Part shown: piece by piece, positions 29,666 through 39,834 of the stretch
How positions within the stretch are numbered: the first letter of the stretch is position 1
How the letters are laid out: each line of letters starts with the position of its first letter
Assembly (NCBI GenBank): GCA_965206645.1
Contig: CBDBKE010000002.1
Coordinates: forward strand, 512,001-576,000
Length of the DNA stretch: 64,000 bases
Reading direction: 5' to 3'
DNA from: Terriglobia bacterium
Lineage (GTDB): Bacteria > Acidobacteriota > Terriglobia > JAJPHL01 > JAPKYU01
Made by a program: the position numbers and the translations under genes
Notes under the pieces: generated by a model
Told to the model about the DNA's origin: nothing
The model's database searches: none
Seen by the model: only the letters and a program-made list of their open reading frames with translations

Positions 29666-30793
29666 CTAGACGATCTTAGGCGTGATGAAGAAGAGCAATT
29701 CGTTGGTCTCGGTGGATACACCGGTGCGCTTGAACAGGTGGCCAATCACCGGGATGCTGCCCAGGAGGGGTACCTGCTCGATGGTCAGGTTGGTCTGGTT
29801 TTGGATGACGCCCCCGAACACCACCGTGCCACCGTCCTCGACCAGCACCTCGGTGGCAGCCTCCGGTAGAGCCACTGTGGAGCTTTCCGCGGGCTCCGCT
29901 TTTGCCCCTCGCGCATGCCCCGTCCTCGCTCCCGGAGCTTGCAGTTCCACCTCCACGACATGACCGCGGCGGTGCACTTTGTAAGGCGTCATCGTGTCCA
30001 GGTCCAGGACCACGCGGGAAATAGGAGGATCGTTGCGAAACTGGGCGACCCGGATCCTTTGCAGCGGGGGCGTCCCTACCAGGATCTGGCGGTGGCCGGC
30101 ACGGTTCACGGTCTGAGGAATGTCCACCACCAGCCTTGGCGGGTTCTCCAATCGGAAAGAGCGATACTCGACCGCGCCGTTGGCACGGATCAGGACGCGC
30201 AACTTGCCCTCATCGCGAGCAAACGTCACCTTTTCAACTGCATTCCCTCTGTTGCGCAGCGCTAACGGTGTGGTTGCTGGCCTTTCCGCCCTCGTTACCG
30301 CTGGCGGCGGGGCTTCGTGGGCGCCAGGGACCGCTGCTGGCGTGCTTCCAGTGGCGGACACAAACGTAACCTGCAGCGCGCCCGGATTTTGCTGGTAGCT
30401 GACTTTGACCGGCTTCTTGAGTAAGACCTCCAGCCGGGCACCGCGCTGCCCCTCGTGGAAGTATGGCACTACCCGATAGCTGGAAACCAGGTCGGAGGGC
30501 AACAGGTGGCTGTCGGGAGGCCGCGTGGAAACAACGCCGGGCAAATCCACGAAAACTAGCTGCTCCCCGGATGTGCGGGGCGAATAAGTAAACTCTCCAC
30601 TGACTTCCAAAGTGAGGATGGCGGCCTGGGAAGAAACGGCGGCGCGCACCGTGCCCAATTGCAAGACGGGCGCCGGTGCCGGCGCGCTCGCCTCGTTATC
30701 CGCAGTGGCAAAATTGGGCTGTGCCAATCCCAGCAGCAACGCCATGCTGCTCACAACCAGAGTGGAGAAACCAGAACGAGGTGTCAGGTTCAT
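29666..30793 (-). CDS. pilQ: PilQ-like protein: signal peptide, two AMIN domains, only the last ~60 aa of the secretin domain
   Basis: LENPPRLVVD/IRVAQF...RVVLDL (AMIN). DGGTVVFGG...VPLLGSIPVIGHLFK...ELLFFITPKIV (secretin C-end). Follows pilP. Confidence 0.8.
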   Translation of the reverse strand: MNLTPRSGFSTLVVSSMALLLGLAQPNFATADNEASAPAPAPVLQLGTVRAAVSSQAAILTLEVSGEFTYSPRTSGEQLVFVDLPGVVSTRPPDSHLLPSDLVSSYRVVPYFHEGQRGARLEVLLKKPVKVSYQQNPGALQVTFVSATGSTPAAVPGAHEAPPPAVTRAERPATTPLALRNRGNAVEKVTFARDEGKLRVLIRANGAVEYRSFRLENPPRLVVDIPQTVNRAGHRQILVGTPPLQRIRVAQFRNDPPISRVVLDLDTMTPYKVHRRGHVVEVELQAPGARTGHARGAKAEPAESSTVALPEAATEVLVEDGGTVVFGGVIQNQTNLTIEQVPLLGSIPVIGHLFKRTGVSTETNELLFFITPKIV

Positions 30794-30851
30794 TGCGTTA
30801 TCACTCCTGTCCCATCCATGTCACTTTAAGACGAAATCGGTGGCGCCCACC

Positions 30852-31394
30852 TTAAATTGCTTCGGCGGGCATTTTTTTAATTACCTCCCGCTTTTCGAGC
30901 TTGCCACTTAGGTCAAGCACGCTTTCCTCAAAGACAATGGAGTCGGGGGTGATCTGCAGCACGCGCCCGTTGCACAGTGTCGTTCCTTCGCGTAGGAAAT
31001 AGGTGCGTCCAGTATTGCTGGTCGTGATCACGGCGATCATGTCGGCAGGAGTCTGGACCACTCCGTCCAGTTCCGCCTGCCCGACGAGGATGCCGCGAAC
31101 ACCGGGGGGACAGTCATGGATCGGAAGCTGGCCTGTTTTGTCCAGCTTGATGGTGCTAACAAATGGGTCTCGCCGGTCACCGGATTCCGAGGCCGGGCGT
31201 TTCGATGCGGGTGCCGCCAACCCTTTTGCTTGGGACGCGGTCGCAGGGGCTTTCGACTTGGTCGCCCCCGCTCCAGGTGTCTTCGCCTTGGCTGCCTGGC
31301 CCAGGCCACGGGTCTGCGGGTTTTGGGCCACGGCAGCCAAGGCCACCCCAAACACCACTATCAGAGCCAATGTCATCAAACGCGCGTTAGGCAT
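30852..31394 (-). CDS. pilP: Type IV pilus assembly protein PilP-like
   Basis: RRDPF motif, signal peptide and operon position. Confidence 0.8.
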   Translation of the reverse strand: MPNARLMTLALIVVFGVALAAVAQNPQTRGLGQAAKAKTPGAGATKSKAPATASQAKGLAAPASKRPASESGDRRDPFVSTIKLDKTGQLPIHDCPPGVRGILVGQAELDGVVQTPADMIAVITTSNTGRTYFLREGTTLCNGRVLQITPDSIVFEESVLDLSGKLEKREVIKKMPAEAI

Positions 31395-31407
31395 AACTCG
31401 CTGTCCT

Positions 31408-32019
31408 CTACTGACCCGCCGGGGGGGCGGACTGGGGCTGGTAAAATGTCGTAGCCGTACAGGTCACCACAATGGTCTCGTTCGGTGTGATCGTGTATTT
31501 CCCACCGCCGGCGCCGACGGGACCCATGCGCAGGTTGCCCACATTGACAACGCGGCCGGCACGGCGCAGACGCCCAAAGTAGTCCAACGCCGTGAAATAG
31601 GTGCCGTCCAGACTCAGGTCGAAAGGCACCTCGACATAGAGCTCCCTCTTTATCTCTCCCCTGGCGGTAAAGCGGCGAAGATTGACTCCCGACTGTGACG
31701 CAGTGTCCTGCACCAACCGGATGTAGTCATCGGCCTTCTTCTCTTCAGGAACGATAGAGCTGAGGGTCGCTAGCTTAGCTTCCAGCTGTTTATTCTCCGC
31801 CATGAGATCCTTAAGCTTTGGCTCCCACTCCTCTAACTTCTTATTGGCTTCTTCCTGCTCGTTTACCTTTTCTTCTAGCGCCTGGTTGGCCTCGCGCCGC
31901 ACGTTCAGACTGTCCGTCGGGGGGAAGTAAAGGAACTCACCGGTGACCACAATGAGGGCGGCGGCCCCGAGCATGATGCCCAATTGCTGTCCAAAGGAGA
32001 ACTCGCTAAAACTCTTCAT
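31408..32019 (-). CDS. pilO: Type IV pilus assembly protein PilO
   Basis: TM plus coiled coil, YVEVPFDLSLDGTY, operon position. Confidence 0.88.
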   Translation of the reverse strand: MKSFSEFSFGQQLGIMLGAAALIVVTGEFLYFPPTDSLNVRREANQALEEKVNEQEEANKKLEEWEPKLKDLMAENKQLEAKLATLSSIVPEEKKADDYIRLVQDTASQSGVNLRRFTARGEIKRELYVEVPFDLSLDGTYFTALDYFGRLRRAGRVVNVGNLRMGPVGAGGGKYTITPNETIVVTCTATTFYQPQSAPPAGQ

Positions 32020-32074
32020 ATCTCTTGCCCCCCCCTGTCTGGCCCCGCAGCCCCTAGCCCGCCGGGCCCGGTTA

Positions 32075-32677
32075 CTACTGCATTCCCGGCGTGCCGCCTG
32101 CGCTGGGCGTAGTGAGCGGCGCCAGGTCGGCGTTGAGGGAAAAAACAAAAGTGGGGAAGTCCTTGACGCGATCCTCCTGGAAGGATTCCCGGATTTCCAC
32201 ACTCTTGAACTGGCCGCTGCGCTTCAGGTTCGCAATGAAGTCAGCTACGGTATTGACGCTGTCTGCCACCCCGTTCATGCTGACCCTGTTGTCTTTGCTC
32301 GAGAAGCTGGTCAGCCAGAGGTGCTCGCTGAGCCCGACTGTGTTGACCACCGTGTTGAGCAGCCTCACCGGACCGGTCTTTTTATTCTCCAACTCCTGAA
32401 TGATGTTGATGCGTTGTTCAAGCGTCTGTTTATGCTGCAAGTTCTGGTCATACTGCCGCTTGACCCCTTCCAGGCGCGCCTTGTTTGCCTGGGCTTCCGT
32501 CATTCGCTTGTCCAACTTCGCCTTCTGGCCAGAAATCATCTGCCAGTCCACGACCAGCACACCCACCGCCGCCACCAGCACGATCACGAGCAGAACCGTC
32601 AGCTTGGCCCCCTCGACGCTGACCGCCGGAGCGCGGGCCACCTCCTTCCTGCCGCCCAACAGGTTGATGCGGATCAT
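32075..32677 (-). CDS. pilN: Type IV pilus assembly protein PilN
   Basis: MIRINLL N-terminus, LWLTSF, VADFIANL. Confidence 0.92.
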   Translation of the reverse strand: MIRINLLGGRKEVARAPAVSVEGAKLTVLLVIVLVAAVGVLVVDWQMISGQKAKLDKRMTEAQANKARLEGVKRQYDQNLQHKQTLEQRINIIQELENKKTGPVRLLNTVVNTVGLSEHLWLTSFSSKDNRVSMNGVADSVNTVADFIANLKRSGQFKSVEIRESFQEDRVKDFPTFVFSLNADLAPLTTPSAGGTPGMQ

Positions 32678-33732
32678 AGGTTTTCAAAACTCCTCAGGGC
32701 CAGCCCCACAGCGACGGCCAGTCGCGGCGAGTTTTCTGCGATCAGATCGCCGTGCGGTCCCCCCACGTCGTACCCCAACTTGCGGAACGGGTTCAACTCC
32801 TCCACCGGAATGGAAAACTCCTCCCTCAACACGTCTATCAAGCCCGGCACTCTGGCTGATCCGCCCGCCAGATGAATCTTCTGAATGTGCTCGCCAGCAG
32901 CCGTGGCCCGGAAGAAATCGAATGTCTTTTGGATTTCCAGGATGATCAGCTCGGAAACGGACTGCAGCACAGGTAGCCGGGCCTCCTTGCTGACCCCTGG
33001 CACGCCCTGGCCCATCTTCACCTGCTCGGCATCCTCGAAGCTGAGGTCCAGCCCTTTTTGCAGCGAGTCGGTGTACTGATTGCCACCGATGCTCACATCG
33101 CGGGTGAATAAGGGAACGGTTCCGCGGACGATGTTGATATTCATCACGCTGGCGCCAATGTTGAGTAACGCCACGGTCTGGTTGCTCGGCGGCTCGTAGT
33201 TGTACTCAAAGGCGTTTTGCAAGGCAAAGGCGTCCACGTCCACGACCGCCGGAGTCTTGGCTGCCTGGCTCAACACGTTCGTATAATTCAGGATCTTGTC
33301 CCTCTTAGCGGCTACCAGCAGCACCTCCATGCCGCCGCCCGACGCCTCCGAGGAGAGCGTCTGCCAATCCAGGTTTACCTCAGCGATGTCGAAGGGGATG
33401 TGTTGGGAGGCCTCCGACTGGATTTGTTCCGCCACTTCCTCGTCGGCCATGGGGGGCATGGATAGGCGCTTGACGATGACCGAGTGACCGCTCACACTGG
33501 TGTCCACGTTTTTCGTCTTGATCTTATGCTCAGTGAACATCCTGACAATGGAGTTGGACACCGCGACCGTATCTACAATGGCCCCCTCTACCAGGATTTC
33601 CGGGGCCAGGGGCTCCACGGCCAGCTTGTCGACAACAAACTCCTTACCACTCTTTTTCAACTCCACCGCTTTTAGGGCACTGGACCCAATGTCCAGTCCT
33701 ACGACCTGTTTGCCTTTGCTAAGTCCGAACAT
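32674..33732 (-). CDS. pilM: Type IV pilus assembly protein PilM
   Basis: VGLDIGSS, IPFDI, LAGGSA, AVGLALR. Confidence 0.96.
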   Translation of the reverse strand: MFGLSKGKQVVGLDIGSSALKAVELKKSGKEFVVDKLAVEPLAPEILVEGAIVDTVAVSNSIVRMFTEHKIKTKNVDTSVSGHSVIVKRLSMPPMADEEVAEQIQSEASQHIPFDIAEVNLDWQTLSSEASGGGMEVLLVAAKRDKILNYTNVLSQAAKTPAVVDVDAFALQNAFEYNYEPPSNQTVALLNIGASVMNINIVRGTVPLFTRDVSIGGNQYTDSLQKGLDLSFEDAEQVKMGQGVPGVSKEARLPVLQSVSELIILEIQKTFDFFRATAAGEHIQKIHLAGGSARVPGLIDVLREEFSIPVEELNPFRKLGYDVGGPHGDLIAENSPRLAVAVGLALRSFENL

Positions 33733-33822
33733 GCCTCACTCCTACTCGCTGTCAGCCACCGCCGCAGCCGCCCTGGCCGCGTTTGCGGCCCTCGACCCGG
33801 CCCTCATGGCTCACTGCACCCG

Positions 33823-34104
33823 CTATAGCAGGCGCCGGGCAGCCGCGTAACGCTTGCTGCCGTCTCGCACGCTGGCCGCCGCCTCTGGTTTGCCCGCCAC
33901 TTCGCGGGCCATCCGCCTTCGGCCTGTCGCCAGACTCTGTTTCTCCATCCACCGGTCCAGGGTCGTCTTCTTGAATTTCCACCTGTTGCCAAGCTTAAAG
34001 CCGGGAATCTGCTCCTGGGCGACATGCCGATACAAGGTGTCGGAGGAAATTCCCAGGTATTTCGAAGCCTGGCGTACGTTCATCACTTCTGGCGGTTTAG
34101 GCAT
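33823..34104 (-). CDS. Excisionase-like HTH (HTH_17) DNA-binding protein
   Basis: MNVRQASKYLGISSDTLYR...IPGFKLGNRWKF...LDRWM. Confidence 0.85.
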   Translation of the reverse strand: MPKPPEVMNVRQASKYLGISSDTLYRHVAQEQIPGFKLGNRWKFKKTTLDRWMEKQSLATGRRRMAREVAGKPEAAASVRDGSKRYAAARRLL

Positions 34105-34586
34105 AGGAGCCGATCCCTTTGCTCCGGTGTCTCCCTCTAGCACTGGCCACCTCTCGGGGACACCCTCACTCCCTCCAGTAAAGGGGAGCAAACCGAAACG
34201 TATCGTCCCATTGACGTTGTTGCGGTGTCAAGAACCATTCGGCCGCAGTTGTGCGGGAATCTTTGGGTTTCTTCAAGCCTCTTCGGCGTTTCTACCTGTT
34301 TTTGCCGCACATCTGGTTGCGCTCTCTGGGGTAGGGCCCTAGATATTGGGCCTCTCTTGCCAATACCGCAAGTACCAAGGTAGTAAAAGGGCTTCCGGCA
34401 GCACCGGATGGCTTCCGCTGCACGGCAGGGGGAGCGGCCCTGCCTCTTGAGCCTGTCTCTTCAAGAAAGAAGCGCTAGAGGGGAGGAGGACGCCGGGGGA
34501 GTATCTGAGTTTCCAAGCGCACAGGCCTGAGATTTTCTGCGGAACTCGCAAGAGTCAGGATTTATCCTCTTGTTGCCTTTGCTTGG

Positions 34587-35090
34587 CTATTTCTGCCCCT
34601 GCTTGGCCATCCCTGCCCCTTGCTTGGCAAAGAAAGCTTCGCCGCGTTTCTTGATCTCCTCCGGGGAGAGGTCCTCTTTGTGAGTGGCCAGCGACCACTG
34701 GTGACCGAAGGGGTCCACCAGCGTGCCGTAGCGGTCGCCCCAAAAGGCGTCCATCAAGGGCATCCCCACGGTGACCCCGGCCGAAACAGCCTGCTCGAAG
34801 GCGGCGTCTGCATCCTCGACGTACATGTGAATCGTCACCCCGGTGCCGCCCAGCGACCGTGGGGAGAGGGTCTTCCACGCCGGGAACTCGTCGACCAGCA
34901 TGAGAATGGAATCTCGGATCTTCACCTCCGCGTGCATGACGCTTTTCCCGTCCGGCCCGTGACTGATGCTGAGCACCTCGGCGCCGAACGCCCGTTTGTA
35001 AAACTCAATAGCCTGCGAAGCGTTGCGCACCACCAGGTGGGGTGTGAGCGTGTGGAAGCCTTCGGGAATGGGTTTCACCGGTTTAGCCAT
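34587..35090 (-). CDS. VOC/PhnB-like glyoxalase family protein
   Basis: AIEFYKRAFGA, MHAE, FWGDRYG.LVDPFGHQW. Confidence 0.92.
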   Translation of the reverse strand: MAKPVKPIPEGFHTLTPHLVVRNASQAIEFYKRAFGAEVLSISHGPDGKSVMHAEVKIRDSILMLVDEFPAWKTLSPRSLGGTGVTIHMYVEDADAAFEQAVSAGVTVGMPLMDAFWGDRYGTLVDPFGHQWSLATHKEDLSPEEIKKRGEAFFAKQGAGMAKQGQK

Positions 35091-35134
35091 TGTGCTGTCC
35101 TTTCTATTCGGAGGTTCTGGAACCAGAAGCAGCC

Positions 35135-36106
35135 TCAGTAGGCAGAGAGCTCCCGGCAGGCGCGAATCACGTCCTGCTCGTTGGGCAGGAACGCCTTTTC
35201 CAGCGGGGGGCTATAGGGCACCGGAGTGTCAGGAGCAGTGATGCGGCGGATGGGACCGTCCAAGGATTCGAAAGCCTTCTCCGAAATGATCGCCGCCAGT
35301 TCGCCGGCCAGGCCGCCGATCCTGGTATCTTCGTGCAGCAGCACAACCTTGTTGGTGCGCCGCACACTCTCCAGCACAGTCTCCTCATCCAGCGGGACCA
35401 GGGTGCGCAGGTCCAGTACCTCGATCTCAATCTCTTCCTTGGCCAGCGTCTCGGCGGCCCGCAGGGCCACGTGCACCATGGCTCCGTAGGTGATCACGGA
35501 GATGTCTCGGCCCGTGCGACGCAGTGCCGCCTTGCCGATCGGCACCAGGTACTCGGGCTCGGGCAATTCCTCCTTGATGCTGCGGTAGAGCAACTTGTGC
35601 TCGAAGAACAGTACCGGATCGTTGTCGCGAATGGCCGACTTGATCAGGCCGCGTGCGTCGTAGGGCGTTGCCGGCGCAACTACCTTCAGTCCCGGCGTGT
35701 GCACGAAGGCCATTTCCGGATTCTGCGAATGGAACGGCCCGCCGTGAATGCCGCCCCCAGAGGGCCCGCGGACCACCATGGGCACCCCGGCACCCCACCG
35801 ATAGCGGCACTTGGCGGCGAAGTTTACCAACTGGTCGTAGGCGCAGGAGATAAAGTCGGCAAACTGCATCTCAGCCACCGGGCGCAGACCCAGCAGGGCC
35901 GCCCCAACGCTGGACCCCACAATGGCCGACTCCGAGATGGGTGTGTCAATCACGCGCCGTGCCCCGAAGCGTTCCAGCAGCCCGGCGGTAATCTTGAAGG
36001 CGCCGCCGTAGGCCCCGACATCCTCGCCGAGAACAAAAACGTCCGGGTCGCGCTCCATCTCTTCCCACAGGCCCTGCCGGATGGCTTCCAGGTAGGTGGT
36101 CAGCAT
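35135..36106 (-). CDS. 2-oxoacid dehydrogenase E1 beta subunit
   Basis: GEDVG, DTPISE, EMQFADF, HSQ, DLRTL.PLD. Confidence 0.95.
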   Translation of the reverse strand: MLTTYLEAIRQGLWEEMERDPDVFVLGEDVGAYGGAFKITAGLLERFGARRVIDTPISESAIVGSSVGAALLGLRPVAEMQFADFISCAYDQLVNFAAKCRYRWGAGVPMVVRGPSGGGIHGGPFHSQNPEMAFVHTPGLKVVAPATPYDARGLIKSAIRDNDPVLFFEHKLLYRSIKEELPEPEYLVPIGKAALRRTGRDISVITYGAMVHVALRAAETLAKEEIEIEVLDLRTLVPLDEETVLESVRRTNKVVLLHEDTRIGGLAGELAAIISEKAFESLDGPIRRITAPDTPVPYSPPLEKAFLPNEQDVIRACRELSAY

Positions 36107-36125
36107 GGTTTTGCTTTGTGCGGCT

Positions 36126-37178
36126 TTAGCCCCGGGCGGCGGAAAAGGTGCGTCGCGACGCCGGCGATTCTTGCCGCCCATCGTACACGTTGTCCAGCAC
36201 AGTAGCCGGATCGGGGAAGGGACGCTGTTCGGCCCAGCTCACCGCGTCATCCACCTCGGCGATGATGCGACGGTTCAACTCGCCCAGTCCCGCCTCCGAC
36301 AGGAAGCCCCACTCCATCATCACCGCCTCCAGGCGGGTGATGGGGTCCTTGCTCGCCCACTCCTCAAACAATGCCTTGGGGACATACTCAGCCTTGTCGT
36401 GCGCCGAGTGGCCGGTCATGCGGAAGGTCTTGCACTCGACCATAGCTGGCCCGCGGCCGGAGCGTGCGTGCTCGACGGCCTGCTGGGCAGCTTGGTAGAC
36501 CGCGATGACATCGTTGCCATCCACAATCTCCGCCGGAATCCCATACGCGGGGCCACGGTCGGCCACGTGTTTCACCGGCATCTGCAACTCCACCGGGGTC
36601 GAATAGGCGTACTGATTGTTGTTGCACAGGTAGACGACAGGAAGCTTCTGCACGGCGGCCAGGTTTAACCCTTCGTGCCAGTCGCCGCGGCTGGTGGCCC
36701 CGTCGCCGAAGTAGCAGAAGACCACGTTGGGCTTGCCTTGGTAGCGCAGAGCCAGGGCGGCGCCGCCGGCCACCGGGACGATGGACCCAATGCTGCTAAT
36801 GAAGGCGATGAGATTCAGGCCCAGGTCGCCCATGTGCATGTTGCCGTCGCGCCCTCGGGTGGGGCCGTCCACCCGCCCCATAAACTGCGCCAGCACCGTG
36901 TGCGCGCTCATGCCGCGAACCAGAAACGCCCCCAGGTCCCGGTGCGACGGGCACAGCACATCGTCCTGCTGGGAGATGAGCGCGCTGCCGACCCCAATGG
37001 CCTCCTGACCGCGCCCCCCGTAAACGCCGCCCACGATCAGTCCCTGGCGGTAGAGCTTGAACTCGATGCGGTCCTCCAGCTCGCGCTGGAGTTTCATGAA
37101 ATACAGCATCTGGTGCAGAAGCTTGGTGTCCAATCCCACTGGGCGTACCCTCCCCCCCTGTGAAATGGCGTGCTCCAA
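36126..37178 (-). CDS. 2-oxoacid dehydrogenase E1 alpha subunit
   Basis: GQEA, GDGA...NN TPP motif, RMTGHSAHD. Confidence 0.95.
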   Translation of the reverse strand: MEHAISQGGRVRPVGLDTKLLHQMLYFMKLQRELEDRIEFKLYRQGLIVGGVYGGRGQEAIGVGSALISQQDDVLCPSHRDLGAFLVRGMSAHTVLAQFMGRVDGPTRGRDGNMHMGDLGLNLIAFISSIGSIVPVAGGAALALRYQGKPNVVFCYFGDGATSRGDWHEGLNLAAVQKLPVVYLCNNNQYAYSTPVELQMPVKHVADRGPAYGIPAEIVDGNDVIAVYQAAQQAVEHARSGRGPAMVECKTFRMTGHSAHDKAEYVPKALFEEWASKDPITRLEAVMMEWGFLSEAGLGELNRRIIAEVDDAVSWAEQRPFPDPATVLDNVYDGRQESPASRRTFSAARG

Positions 37179-37345
37179 TAAGCGGTCGGCTATTCTACCA
37201 TATGCCTATTGCCCTGAAAGCCTCTTGGAAAAGGCCTGACGTCACACCGTCAAAAAAGGCTTTGCCCGTAAGTTTCTGCTAGAAAAGGATATGTTGCGTT
37301 TCCATCTCGGATCTCGTATGTGATAAACACGCTGCAGATTCCCAT

Positions 37346-38104
37346 TCACTTGCTCTTTGAACCCTCGTTTTCTTGCCGTCGTTTGTTTACTAAGAAGCGG
37401 CGGACGCGCCGAAGCAGGCCGTCGAGCATTCTGGGCGTCAGCTTGCCGGTAAACGTGTTCTGCTGGCTGGGATGATAACAGGCGAACAGGACCGGCAAGG
37501 GCGGCGGCAGCGCGTAACGGGCGCCGTGGGCGAAGCGATAGGAGGCCAGCGAGGCAACGCGCCCCGTGTCCCGAAGCAGGCGGAGGTAGCCATCAAAGGC
37601 GATCTTGCCCAGCGCCAGCACAGCCCGGATGTTGGGCAACAATTCCAGCTCCCGCGCCAGGAAGGGGCGGCAGCGGGCCTGCTCCTCGAGCGTGGGCTTG
37701 TTGCCGGGAGGAGCGCAGCGAACCGCGGCGGTGATGTAGGCATCGCGCAACTGGAGGCCGTCGCCGCAGTGCGACGAGGTGGGTTGGCTGGCAAACCCGG
37801 CGCGATACAGCGCGCCATAGAGGAAGTCGCCAGAGCGGTCGCCGGTGAACATCCGCCCGGTGCGGTTGCCCCCGTGGGCCGCAGGGGCCAGGCCCAGGAT
37901 CAGCAGCCGCGCTCCTGGGTCGCCGAAGGAGGGCAGCGGCCGGCCCCAGTAGTCCCACTCCCGGAACGCCCGGCGCTTCTCGCGCGCCACCTTTCGGCAG
38001 TGCCTCACCAGGCGCAAGCAGCGCTGGCAGACAATGATTTGCTGCTGGAGATGAAGCAGCGGGATTTCGCTGCTTGTGGTCCGCACGAGCCGCTGTGCTA
38101 CCAA
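37346..38104 (-). CDS. Uracil-DNA glycosylase family 5 (UdgB-like)
   Basis: GLAPAAHGGNRTGRMFTGD, CAPPGNKP, YHPSQQN, Fe-S cysteines. Confidence 0.93.
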   Translation of the reverse strand: MVAQRLVRTTSSEIPLLHLQQQIIVCQRCLRLVRHCRKVAREKRRAFREWDYWGRPLPSFGDPGARLLILGLAPAAHGGNRTGRMFTGDRSGDFLYGALYRAGFASQPTSSHCGDGLQLRDAYITAAVRCAPPGNKPTLEEQARCRPFLARELELLPNIRAVLALGKIAFDGYLRLLRDTGRVASLASYRFAHGARYALPPPLPVLFACYHPSQQNTFTGKLTPRMLDGLLRRVRRFLVNKRRQENEGSKSK

Positions 38105-38131
38105 AGCAAAGTCCCCCGGCCAAAGCCGCCG

Positions 38132-38539
38132 CTACTTTTTGAACAGATTATCGAAGGCGCTGCGCGCGTTGGCAGGCCGGCCGCCGGAGGAGGTGTCGCG
38201 CTCCACGGTCGCCCGCGCCTCATAGAACGAGCACTCATTGCGAGCGTCCTTGGGGGTGATGCGGTCCGGGATCGGCTTGCTGCACTCGAAGTGGCTGCCC
38301 GTGTCGAAGTTGACGCATTGCTTACAGCTATGCAGTTCAAAGCCGCATCGCGGGCACTGGCCGCGGGTATCCACCGCCGGGGGAAGCAGCGTGCCACACC
38401 CGGCGCAACGCATCACCGTCCTCGCGCCGGGCATGCGCAGCATGCGAGGGCCGCCCAGGTCTTGTTTCGGTGGGCGCTTCTCGGCAGCCGACTCCCGATC
38501 AGCGTCCATGTAGCCTTTTTGTCGGTATTTCCTCGCCAT
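38132..38539 (-). CDS. Cys-rich putative zinc-finger protein
   Basis: CAGC...CPRC...HSCKQC...C...C. Confidence 0.75.
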   Translation of the reverse strand: MARKYRQKGYMDADRESAAEKRPPKQDLGGPRMLRMPGARTVMRCAGCGTLLPPAVDTRGQCPRCGFELHSCKQCVNFDTGSHFECSKPIPDRITPKDARNECSFYEARATVERDTSSGGRPANARSAFDNLFKK

Positions 38540-38735
38540 ACCACCGGCGTCCATCCCGGCGTCCATCATAGTCCCGGCGGCCGGAATTGGCCACACAAAC
38601 TCGGCCAAGAAGATCGCCGCGCCGTGAGCAAGGCCACGCTTTAGTGGCGCTCACGGTCTCCATCGTCTGCGACGCCAGTCCGAGCCGCAGTTGGCATTCC
38701 AACGCCGCCAGCAAGGACGTCCGAGGCTTCGAGAG

Positions 38736-39638
38736 TTAGTAGATGCTGCCCGGAATCGCCTCGCTGGCGCCAGTAAGCACTTGACGGGCGCCGGCCCGCA
38801 ACAATGTCACGTCGCTGCCGACCAGAAAGACGCGAAAGCCCTGCTTGACCCGTTTTTTTATCTGCGCGGGGTCACCGGAAGGATAGCCGACCGGCACTTT
38901 GTACTTCTTGCCAGCCGCCAGCACCCGGGCGACAGCCTGCTCCACCCTCGGATGCTCCACCTGCCCCCCGACGTCCAGCGAATAGGAGAGGTCGGAGGTG
39001 CCGATAAACAGTAGATCAACGCCGGGCACCGACGCGATCTCCTCGATATTTTCCACGCCTTCCTTGCTTTCAATGAGGGTGATCACCATCACGTTGTCGT
39101 TCGCCCAACCGGCATAGTCGCTGCTGGACAGGCCCCAGCGCGCCGCCGCCAGGGTCGGGCCGAATCCGCGGATGCCCTCCGGCGGATACTTGCAGGCGGC
39201 CACTGCCTGCTGGGCCTGCTGGCGCGTGGAAACGAAGGGAAAGATCACGCCTAGGCTGCCGATATCGAGCACGCGCTTCGCCAGCCAGTGCCGCTTCTCG
39301 GGCACCCGGATGAAGGGCACCGCCTTCAGACCGCGCGTGGCCAGGATCATCTCCCGGGCCGACTCCAATGTGATCGGGCTGTGCTCCATCTCGATCCAGA
39401 CAAAGTCGAAGCCGGCGTCGGCCAGCGTGGCGGCCGCATCGGCGCTGCCCATATTGACGGCAGCTCCAATGACGACCTTGCCTTCTTGGAGCGCCTTTTT
39501 CACTGAGTTGTGAAAGGGGGCTTTCGAGGTCGCTGGCGGCGCCGGATCAGACCATAAAGGATCAGCCCATAAAGGAATCAGCAGAGAAATGGCCAGAACA
39601 AAAAGGAGAGTCAGGGAAATGCGATTTACTTGTGTCAT
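38736..39638 (-). CDS. HpcH/HpaI aldolase family protein with N-terminal signal-like peptide
   Basis: IEMEH, VLDIG, YPPEGIRGFG, IES, FIGTSDLS. Confidence 0.88.
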   Translation of the reverse strand: MTQVNRISLTLLFVLAISLLIPLWADPLWSDPAPPATSKAPFHNSVKKALQEGKVVIGAAVNMGSADAAATLADAGFDFVWIEMEHSPITLESAREMILATRGLKAVPFIRVPEKRHWLAKRVLDIGSLGVIFPFVSTRQQAQQAVAACKYPPEGIRGFGPTLAAARWGLSSSDYAGWANDNVMVITLIESKEGVENIEEIASVPGVDLLFIGTSDLSYSLDVGGQVEHPRVEQAVARVLAAGKKYKVPVGYPSGDPAQIKKRVKQGFRVFLVGSDVTLLRAGARQVLTGASEAIPGSIY

Positions 39639-39834
39639 GCGAGTCCTCTCGGCCCACGAGTTGGGCGGGCGCTATTATGGTTGGTCCCGGGTGGCTGAGC
39701 CAAGCTCCTCTTGCTGTGGTTATTTGCTCCATCGGGCTTTCATTTGTTACTGGCATCTTTTTGCCGGCATTTTATTGCCGGGCATTTGATTTGTTGTCGA
39801 GTCGCACTCCGATCGCTGGCATAATAAGGGAGCC

